Under the pieces are notes generated by a model. That model had not been told where the DNA came from. It saw only the letters and a program-made list of their open reading frames with translations, and did no database searches. Shown piece after piece: positions 51,757-61,989 of a stretch of 64,000 nt of DNA. This DNA is from Azolla caroliniana (Eukaryota; Plantae; Polypodiophyta), in contig JBHGNT010000011.1 in assembly GCA_043228905.1 (NCBI GenBank), positions 5,642,001 through 5,706,000 on the forward strand. Direction: 5' to 3'. The position numbers and the translations under genes were made by a program. Position 1 is the stretch's first letter; each line of letters begins with the position of its first letter.

Positions 51757-52105
51757 AGGGGTATAAGTGTTTCAACCCCTCCACCAAGAAGGCATGAGTG
51801 AGTAGGGATGTCGTATTCGATGAATCGACATCTTGGTACATAGTCGACTCAGCTCCATCCGATCCAATTGAAACCGATTTTGATATAGACTCAGAGGAGA
51901 ACAATCGACTATTGTTCACGCCATAGGAGAGTCCAATATCAACCAGATTGAGTGGACCATAGGAGCCACCGAGCGACCATAGCACGTTGCGACCAAGTTC
52001 GAAATTGGAGAAAGGGAAGGGCAAAATGCCTGAGAATGAAGACTCGGATGGAAATGAATCGGATCACTCACCCGACAGTAAGTATTGTGGATTGGATGTT
52101 CCTAT
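51757..52105 (+). mobile_element. Copia integrase C-terminal fragment
   Basis: GYKCFNPST..SRDVVFDES..KLEKGKGKMPE, the same family as 33.4-36.4 kb. Confidence 0.75.
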
Positions 52106-53000
52106 TGTGGTGTGCATGTATTCCTTTGTGCCACCCTTTTAGCACACCCTTTTTAGGATGCATGTACCTAAGCCGACCTACCCTTTTAGCTAAGCCAATC
52201 CAAATGGGCACCTTTGTATCAACTATAAATTGAGCAAGAAGTAAGAAGCTAAGTAGGTTGGTTTTGATCTCTTATGTGCATTTCACATATTGGTAGAGAC
52301 GACGGGCGGCAGTCCCCCACATCCAAGCATCCACCTTTTCCCCCTCAACTTAGGTTCCCCACGAACTTCTTGTCCCATGAATTTCTCTGATCCCCCTCCT
52401 ACATGATAGCCGTCATGTCCCCCACCTTAGCCAAGTCCAGGTGGCCCTCAGTCCACATGAGCAATTGATCTTTCCCCGATCCCCCTTCAACACGATAGCC
52501 CTCTTGTCCCCCACCTCAGCATAGTCCAGGTGGCCCTCAGTCCACAAGAGTGATTGATCTCTATCCACCAATTGCGAGCTTGTTTTCCGTCATTAGCCCC
52601 ATCCAGCTATTATCTGATCAGTGTCGCCGGTTCCACGGGGATGTCCTCAACATTGTTGCAACTCAACTAGGTATCCATACTATCCTTAAGTCCCCACACC
52701 ATCCTCAGACAAATGGCCGCACCAAACGCCTCAACAAGACCCTTAAGAAGGAGATTGCCTCTTACATTGATCCATGCCACAAAACCTAGGATGAAATCTT
52801 GCCTTTCATCACCCACACCTACAATACATTTGTACATGCGTCGACACATATCAACCCTTTTCAAGCACTCTATGGGCGTAATCCTCGCCTCCCACCATAA
52901 TCGTTCATTGATTTCCATTTGAAACTTGCCAACATGGATAGTGCCACTTGGGAGCTCTGTCTCCAACAAATGTTCCCCCTCCTTCGACAAGCCATTGCTA
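52106..53000 (+). mobile_element. Gypsy fragment: short LTR-like segment, PBS-like TGGTAGAGACG, two about 100-bp repeats, partial integrase
   Basis: TGTGG...TTCACA followed by TGGTAGAGACGACGGG. INT remnant LSDQ..SPHHPQTNGRTKRLNKTL..YNT.VHAST..PFQALYGRNP. Confidence 0.6.
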
Positions 53001-56000
53001 AAGGCGTAATGGTACGCCATATAATCGTTGTAGCCGAATTGGCTTATGGGGTTCTTTTCACGGGTGGATTGTAGGAGCTTCTTGTTTGCGGATACTACGG
53101 CTTTCTCTGCTCCATTTGTCCGGATCTCAAGGCCTTCGAACTCACTATCGAAGGAGTGAGTCGATTACTTGTCGTCGAAGTGATCGTCTTCATACTCCGG
53201 CATTTTCGCCTTGCCTTTGTCCAGCTTTGAACTCAGCGAGATGTGCTTTGATCACTTAGGGGCTCTTGTGGTCCACTAAGCCTTGTTGTAATTGGGCTTT
53301 CTTCGAACATGCGCGTGAGCCGATATTCGGCTTCTTCAACGGAATTCGGGTCAAGCGGAATCGAAGTCAAAGTTGTCTCTGGTGCGTACCAAGATGCGGA
53401 CTTGTTGAAAACGACGTCTCGACTTACTCGAGATTTTCGAGTTGAGGGGTTATAACACTTGTACCCCTTTTGCGCTAGTGAGTATCCTATGAGGATACAT
53501 TTCTCCGACTTCGGGTCGAGCTTTTGTCGCTTTTCATCGGGGATGTGCACATACACAATGGAGCCGAATATCCGAACATGTGATAGATTCAGCTTCTTTC
53601 CTTGTGCGCGAATGGACTTACTCATGCGACGTGAGTTCATGCACGCCGGATGTCGTACACCGTTCATGAGATAGACGGTCATGTTAGCTGCTTCCGCTCA
53701 ATATGATTTCGGCATGTGCTTTTCGTTAAGCATAGCCCGTGCCACTTCGAGGATGTGTCAATTCTTGTGTTCGACTACTTCGTTCTGTTGTGCCGTATAT
53801 CGACACGAAAATTCTCGTTGAATCCCTTCTTTTCAAAGATGGCGTGTAAACTCATCCGAGAAATATTCTTTGCCTCCTTCCGATCGAAGGCACCGTACGT
53901 GTCGACTCGTAGCTTTTTCAACTCCACTCTTGAATTTTTGGAAGTGTTCGAACACTTCGCTCTTTTGCCATATCGGGTAGATCCAGGTGTGCCTAGAAAA
54001 GTCGTCGATAAAGGTCACGTAGTATCGGCATCCACCGAATGTCGCCGTTTGAGCCGATCCCCATACATCGGAATTAATTACGTCGAGTATGCCTTTGCTT
54101 ACATTCCTCTCCCTCAGAAATGGATGCCAATGTTGCTTGCCGAATTGGCAAGCCGCACATACGCCTTCAATCTCTCTCTCTTTGAAGGTTGGGAGTCCGA
54201 TGACGACTCCTTTCGATTACATCGCCTTGAGCTTTTGAAGGTTGATATGGCCAATCCGCTTGTGCCATAACTCTATGTCGGACTCAACTTTCTTGCCTTT
54301 TGCGAACATGGCCGATTTCATCTTGTGCGAGTCGAGAATGAACATTTGGCCCTCTCTTCGTCCGCGCCCGATGAGTCGGCCCTCTTTTTCAATGAAGCAA
54401 CCGCCTTGATTAAATCGAACTTGCATTCCTTGCTCTACAATTTGGCCAATGGAGACCAAATTCTTCGTGATAGTTGGTACATGCAAGACATTTTTAATGT
54501 AAGTTTGCTTACCTTCTTTTCCGAACGGAACATTGCCGATGTGCCGAATCGGGTGCGTAGTGTCGTCTCCGGTTTCGACATAGCCGGGTCGGTCTGGCTC
54601 TCGAAGTTCTCGGAACCATTTTTGATGCGACGTCATATGGTTCGAGGCACCGGAATCGACAAACCATACGTCTTCCGGACTGGAGGCACTAGTAGAAGTA
54701 GAGGCCGACATAGAATTCGCTCTATGTTTCATTACGAATAATCCACCGTAGTTGTCGTACTCGGAGTCGGCGGCGTAATTGGTGAGTTGTCGACTAGTGG
54801 AAGCCGACTCACGCATGTTCTTTCGGCACTCTTCTTCACGGTGGCCGACTTTGCCGCAATATCCGCATCCGATTGAGGTTTGTCCGCTCGAACTAGAATG
54901 GTGACTCCCCCTTCTTCCAAAGGTTCCTTGATGGCCTCCATCTTGTTGCCGTAATTGAGAGTTGTTTTCGTAAATTGGACCTCATCCGCCTCATCCTTGG
55001 CCGAATCGGCCTCTTCTTGCACGACTGCGTCCTCTTCCTCTGTCCGAATGCGTGTAGAGCATGTGGCCTTCCGAGGTGTTGCTCCTTGTTCGAACATGAT
55101 TCTCTTCGACCAACAACATGGATTGAAGATCAAAGAAGGAGGGCGGATTCTCCCGTGCTAGTACGACGGTCCGCATCGCGCCGAACCATGGTGCAAGGCC
55201 ACCGAGGCATATTTGCACCATTTCGTCATCCTTCACATTGACACTTATCGAGCCGAGTGCATCACAAAGCTCCTTGATCTTCAAGGTGTAGCTTGTAATG
55301 GAGATATCCCGTTGTTGGATGTTGTTCAACTCTTGGCGGAGTTGAAGCTTTCTCGCGGTCGTGTTGGCGGCGAAAATCTTTCGTAGATTCTCCCACGCTT
55401 CCTTCGGCTTCTTGGCTTTTCGACCTCTCGAATGTAGCCGAGCATGTGGTCGTGAACACATGTCGCCAAGCAATACATCACTTGGCTTGCCGCTTGCTCC
55501 CAAGTTGCATAGTCGGCGTCTTTCGGGTCGGGTTGGTTTTCTTGTACTCCCTTGATGTAACTCCAATAGCCTTGGCCGACAAGGTATTGGTGCATCTTGT
55601 ACTCCCAAGATGCAAAGTTGTTGCGATCCAACTTCTCACTAGGGAGAGCGCTCCCCATTTGAGTATTCATTGTCAATTAAGCTTCCTTTCTTCCTTTCCT
55701 TCTCTCTCGAACACGAGCTATATAGTGGTACTACGATAGCGATGAACCGGTTCTTCTTGAACGTCGGCGTAGAGCACAACACACAATCACGATGAGGCAA
55801 GGGGGCTCAATCGAGCTACCAAATCACTCTGATACCATGTAAAGAATCGATGGTGATTCTTGTGCAACGGAATAGATATGTGTGTGTGAGAGAGAGAGAG
55901 AAAAAAAAAAAATAGAGGAGAGAAGAGAACACAAGATAGATAAGCAAGAGAAATAAAATACTCAAGAAGAAGGTGTATATTTCACAAGTAGAATAAGAAT

Positions 56001-56297
56001 TACAAAATGTAGCATAACAAGGAGTCACAACCGACTAGTATGAAGTATGAGGAGGGTGCTTTATATAGAGTCACCCTCTCTCTTCATTAACTTACAACAA
56101 CCACTCTCTCTCTTGGGGAATGTGAAGACTCATAATCATGGGGAATATGTAACTCATTAGTTATGTGTATAGAATATGATTTTGTGACACATAGTTAATG
56201 TGTAGAGAGTAGTGGTATGACTCTTGACCTTTGAGTAATCATGGATTCTCAAAAGGTGTGTTCACACGTTGCACTATGTTAAGCTTGATTCTCAACA
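53000..56297 (-). mobile_element. Decayed Ty1/copia (5' LTR, PBS, gag-PR-INT; truncated before RT)
   Basis: LTR 55838-56297 and PBS 55826-55837. MGSALPSEKLDRNNFASWEYKM, WFVDSGASNHM, LWHKRIGH, TFIDDFSR, KCILIGYS. Confidence 0.88.
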
Positions 56298-56542
56298 GGA
56301 AGATCGTGGCCGACCGAGGGGAGTTGGATGCGCAAGAAGGTGAGGAGCTATTCAACCGACGAGGGGTCAAGCTTTCCCTCACGATGACATATAATCTGGA
56401 GGAAAATGGCAAGGTCGAATGAGGGAACGGGCCGATCGTGAAGGCGATAGTGTGAGCATGCGACGGACGGGTCGAGAACTGGCCGCAACTTCTCCCTTAT
56501 GTGCTATGAGCTGACCAGACTACGCACGGTTTGGTAATCAGG

Positions 56543-56645
56543 TGTCATGAAGACATACATTTTGTCTTATCAGGAGTCGAACCCACAACTTCTTGGTCTA
56601 TGTGTTGAACCTTTAAGTTTCAGCCTTGCGACCATACCTCCCCCA

Positions 56646-56677
<32 letters not shown>

Positions 56678-56761
56678 TTGCAGAGTCATCAATATAACAT
56701 CCGCCAATCCCTAGTCGATATTGTTTACGATTGAGACTACGACAGTATTTAATCGTCTTCA

Positions 56762-56818
<57 letters not shown>

Positions 56819-56819
56819 A

Positions 56820-56851
<32 letters not shown>

Positions 56852-57504
56852 TTGACAATGAAATACGAATGCTCCCAATTGTCCCCATTAATCATTACTT
56901 CGGTCCTGAAGACCAAAACAATACGACCAGAGTCCTATCACATTATTCCATGCTAATGTATTCAGAGCATATGCTTGCTTTGAGCACTCTAATTTTTTCA
57001 AAGTAACATCGTTGAATCCGTATCCCGACCAGTTAAGGATAGAAGTGTGTCCCCGACAAAAAGGACGGCGCAACCAGTGCACACCAAAGAGGTAGACCAC
57101 TCGCCCCGCCCCGAGATCCAACTACGAGCTTTTTAACTACAATGACTTAAATATACGCTATTGGAGCTGGAATTACCAGGGCTGCTGGCACATGGTAGGA
57201 TCAACCATGTATACCATCAAAGAAACTTCACATCATATATGTTATTACAATGAAAAAGGGGGATAATGTCCTGAAAACATACATTTTGACTTATCAGGAG
57301 TTGCCACACAACTTCTTGATCTATGTATTGAACCTTTAACCATTGTAATAACATATATAATGTATAGTTATAATAATTATATTTTTAGTGATTTCAAGAT
57401 ATTTGGAATATTCTAGAACATTCTAGAAACTCCATAAGGATCTATAAATAGGTGTTTATACATTCATCACAACTCATTCGGTTCAAATTGTCGTGACTCG
57501 TGAG

Positions 57505-57542
<38 letters not shown>

Positions 57543-57916
57543 TCGGAAATGGAAATGATATTATATTATGAGAAAACAATGTTAAAAAGAGCAGGCTTAA
57601 GGGCTAAAGACTGGTGTTGAACCGAATGAGTTGTGATGAATGTATAGACACCTATTTATAGATCCTTATGGAGTATTCTAGACTGTTCTAGAATATTTTA
57701 GATATTTATGATAATAAATATAATCATGAAATATTCAAGAATGTTTCAGAATAATCTAGAATGTTCAAGAATATTCCAAATATCTTGTAATCACTAAAAA
57801 TATAATTATTATAACTACACATCATACATGTTATTACAATGGTTAAAGGTTCAACACATAGACCAAGAAGTTGTGGGTTCGACTATTGATAAGCCAAAAT
57901 GTATGTCTTCATGACA
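56543..57916. mobile_element. Composite insertion with inverted LTR-U3 termini carrying an 18S rRNA fragment
   Basis: Ends are TGTCATGAAGACATACATTTTG... and ...CAAAATGTATGTCTTCATGACA. Flanks are TCAGG/TCGGG. The host integrase frame is restored when the insert and one flank copy are removed. Confidence 0.85.
56610..57191 (-). pseudogene. 18S rRNA fragment (V4-V5 region), dispersed and diverged
   Basis: The reverse complement runs from GTGCCAGCAGCC..GTAATTCCAGCTCCAATAGCGTATATT to GGTCGCAAGGCTGAAACTTAAAGG. It has substitutions in universally conserved motifs and no flanking rDNA. Confidence 0.93.
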
Positions 57917-58634
57917 TCGGGTACATGCCAACTAAACTTATGTTCAGACAGAAGCCGATCATGCTGGTAGAAAGGAAAATAGCATCGTGGATGGCGGTCG
58001 ACTGGGCGGACGAGATGAGTGGGGAATAACTGTTGGCTACGCGGATCCGACAGCTCGAGAGATGATTGGAGGATGTGGAGCGAGCAAGGGCAAGGGTGTA
58101 GGAGGTGAGGATGAAGAACAAGGGACGGTTCTCGACCGAACGCACCGACTAAGGTAATTGGGTGTTGGTCTACAACAACAACCTCGACAACCAGCACCGA
58201 TCGACACGGAAATTCGCAAGACAGTGGTTCGGGTTATATGTGGTGATGAGCGCCAACGACAATGCAACATACCATTTGGTGGAAGCTCGACGGGACGAGG
58301 ATAGCCGTACCGATCGTGGGGAAGCGAATAAAGGCCTTCACGAAGCAACACGAGTTGAAACCGGATTTGGAGGTGGAGGAAGAGGATGCCGATGAGGATT
58401 AGACTGACGACGGTTCAGGGGAGGACAATTAAGGGACAATCTGAATCCCCACTGCTTCATTAGATTGGCACATACTGTGGATGATGTGCGGTTTGGTGGG
58501 GGATTCCGGCCACAAGGAGAAAACTCGTCGGATGCGTGTGAACGGGGGTGTGTAGGGATGCACATGAACGGAGTCTTATGTATATAAAGTGTGTAAATAT
58601 CGAAATAATAAGAGGACAGGACAAAGATAGTCAA

Positions 58635-59080
58635 TGTCATGAAGACATACATTTTGGCTTATCAGGAGTTGAACCCAAAACTTCTTGGTCTATGTGTTGA
58701 AACCTTTAACCATTGTAATAACATATATAATGTGTAGTTATAATAATTATATTATGAGAAAACAAGGTTACAAAGAGTAGGCTTAACGACTAAAGACTGG
58801 TGTTGAACCGAATGAGTTGTGATGAATGTATAGACACCTATTTATAGATCGTTATGGAGTATTCTAGAATGTTCTAGAATATTTTAGATATTTATGATAA
58901 TAAATATAATCATGAAATATTCAAGAATGTTCTAGAATATTCCAAATATATTGTAATTACTAAAAATATAATTATTATAACTACACATTATATATGTTAT
59001 TACAATGGTTAAAGGTTCAACATAGACCAAGAAGTTGTGTGTTTGACTCCTAATAAGCCAAAATGTATGTCTTCATGACA
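58635..59080. mobile_element. 446-bp MITE-like element with about 117-bp inverted termini derived from LTR U3
   Basis: TIRs 58635-58753 and 58965-59080 match the LTR at 57489-57916. Flanks are GTCAA/GTCGA. Confidence 0.85.
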
Positions 59081-61594
59081 GTCGATTTGGGTATTTTAAC
59101 GACCCACATAAAGAGGGGAGGAATGACATTGTGTGATGGTAGAGAATCAATGGGAAGATCTTTGACCGAAACAACTGTCGTTACTTTTGATGTAACGGCC
59201 TCCCCTTGTGCTATAAAAGGGGAGGTTTGAAACTGGAAAGGGGGGTCATCGTTTGGGGGAGGTCGAATTGTTGTCGGTTTGAGCTCTTAGTAGAGGGGAG
59301 GAATGACATCGTGTGATGGTAGAGAATCAATGGGAAGATCTCTGACCGAAATGGTTGTCATTACTTTTGATGTAATGGCTTTCCCTTGTGCTATAAAAGG
59401 GAAGGTTTGAAACTCTAAAGGGGGGGGTCATCGTTTGGGGGAGGTTGAAGTGTTGTCCGTTTGAGCTCTTAGTTTCCAATTTCTATTCTGTCATTTCGGT
59501 GTGCTAGCGTGAAGCCTCTGTTCGCGTAGGAAGCCCATGTGCTCTCGATCAGAGTCTCACCAATGTCTATGTGGGTGCGTGAAGATCTCGAAGCTCTGTT
59601 GTCGGTCAAGTCTGGTTGTATTCTTCTCTATTATTGATTAATTGATTAGCTTTGTTGTATCCGGTGGTTGTCTCTGTGACTCCCTACGTTGTTCTCTCTA
59701 TTTAGGCATGCATTCCTATATCTGCTTCCATCCGTTTGCGTGTTTTCTGAATCTCTGAGCCCATGTGCTCATCGTCCGGAATCTAGTGACAGGTTTGGAT
59801 CAGATCGCGTTGTGGGCCCGTGCACCTGTGAAGACATTTGGTTAATCCCTCTTTGTCTCTCCCTCTCTCCCTCTCTCTCCAGCTCCTTAGTTCAAGGCCT
59901 TGGTGGTCCCGTCCTGATCCAACACGTACCCACGGAATAAAGCGACAATGTGTGAATGGGTGGCGCCTAAAGAAGTCTGTGAATCATGGAACTATCTACA
60001 TTTTTATAATAGATAAGGATATTCAAGAAATCGATGATTGGTAACAAGAACTTGTCCCCAACCATATTCCCCAACTAATTCATAATCTTTGTTTGTTTGG
60101 TAAGAGGGAAGATTGTAATATCATTGGCATGTTTTAAATTTTTGTTTCTGTAGCAGTGTGAGTTTTGTTTTCTAGTGCTTAACAGGGAGTTTTCTCACAC
60201 AATATTTTGTTATATATATTTTATTTATACTCCTTTGTCTATAGCCTACTAGAAGGTGAAGGAGTTTTTTCATCTTCTTTTTTAGGCTCACCATAAATGA
60301 TTCACTCAACAAGCAAGGAGGGGGACTAAATGTGAAATCAATCTTTGTTTGTAAGAAAGACTCTTGCAAATATGTTGGATGCTAAGATATCTAATAATAA
60401 AGAGCAATATGAAAGGATCAAGTATTAACATAGGAAGGAACTTGAAGGGATATAAAGTTAGAGGTATTTTTCAAAAGTAGAAAAAAGCAGAAAAGAAGAA
60501 GAAAAAAGCAGGAAAAAAGATAGAAAAACCAAGGCATGGATATGAAGATTTAGGTAGAGAAAAAAACTCATAACTTCTTCCAAATTTCAAAAGAAAATAT
60601 GTATAAAAAAGCTGATAACAAGAGCTCTCCAAAAAAGTTTTTTATGATAAATTTGGGATGACAAAGGAGAAATAGTGATATAAAAAAATGCCTCACATAA
60701 ACTTGAGGATATTTAAAAAGGAAATAAAAGAAAACAACAATAATAACGCAACTAAAAACCTATAAATAGGAGGAGGTGGAAGAATAAGAAGTGAGAAGAG
60801 GCTTAGTAGAAGAAAAAGGAGAAGAAGGAATGACTATTATCGACTAGAGTCATCGAGTTTAAAGTAGTTCTTTGGTGTTGTTATTTTTAGAGTCTAAGAA
60901 GTTTGTATTGTTTTCCCAATAGTATATTGAAGTATTCTTTTCTCTTTCTCTTTCTCTTCTCTTCTCCATCATTTTTCTATCTCTCTTCATCAGATCATAG
61001 TGTTATTGGGCTATCCAATTCTAGCACGGCTTGAGCTTTGGCATTGTCGGTGATGATAAACGAGATCTCTTGTACCGTTATCACCTATGTCATCCCCTCC
61101 TCTTGATGTTCGTATCTGTCAATTGGGGTCTGCCATGATAACCAACATACATCCCCCACTTGAATGTGCCTTGCACCTGGCATAATTGCTATAGTTGACC
61201 AACCCCCCACCATATTCAATGGGTCTTTGGGTAGTCCCACAGAGTGTGTCAGATTGATTCTATTGCATTGGATAATAAATTTCTTGACCACAATACATAA
61301 AATTTGACGGACCATGACCTTACACGTTTGATAGATGAGTATCACATGTGATCAATTTGCTCATGATGCGGAAAGCAAATGTTAATATACAATGAGATGA
61401 CATTAATAAACATCGCTATTCGCTCTTGCATTTGTTATGTACAATACGGGGTCCCAGAGTTGGACTTAAAGGGCTAAAACCACATACGTGGGCACTCCTT
61501 GCATTTTATGCTTGAAGTGATTGGATCATGCTTTCCAGTCAACAAACATGGTTGAGCCTCAGGGAGCTGCCATGGTCATTCGATATAGAGATAA

Positions 61595-61681
61595 GGAACA
61601 AACATTTCTTTTATGTCTCCTCTGGGAACAAACATTTCTTTTATGTCTCCTCCGGGAACAAACATTTCTTATATGTCTCCT
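61595..61681. repeat. 3 x 30-bp tandem repeat
   Basis: GGAACAAACATTTCTTTTATGTCTCCTCTG x3. Confidence 0.85.
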
Positions 61682-61989
61682 GTGTGGCGTGGTTGTTAAA
61701 ACGCAAAAAGGACATTCAGATCTCTTGATACACCATAAAGAAAGTGTGGTACATCCTACATTCCAAATCATTTTTTATGTGCATATGTATGTACGTATGC
61801 ATGTGTATATTATAAATTTATATATATATGTATGAGATGGAAAGAATCTGAGGTATGTATGTATGTATGTGTGTGCATGTATGTATGTATGTGTGTGCAT
61901 GTATGTATGATATACAGAGAAGGAATTGGAGCCTGGAGGTATGGAAGGTATGGAAGTTAGAAGGAACTAGAAGTTTGGGCCCTCCATCA

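Larger units (their letters stand above)
56298..59933 (+). mobile_element. Decayed gypsy 3' portion (integrase, PPT, long 3' LTR) hosting two inverted-end insertions
   Basis: INT remnant IVADRGEL..YNLEENGKVE..NWPQLLPY..TH..VI|GYMP..LMF.QKP..QWFGLY. PPT about 58540-58550. LTR from TGTAGGG at 58551 to about 59933, with an internal about 180-bp tandem duplication (59111-59472). Confidence 0.7.

Noticed and set aside
56610-57191. Functional 18S rRNA gene or rDNA array
   Set aside because: Only about a third of 18S is present, invariant motifs are mutated, and it is embedded in LTR sequence.
60373-61083. Solo LTR (TGTTGG...TATCA, with CCTATAAATAGG)
   Set aside because: No matching TSD, PBS or second copy in the window, so the boundaries cannot be supported.
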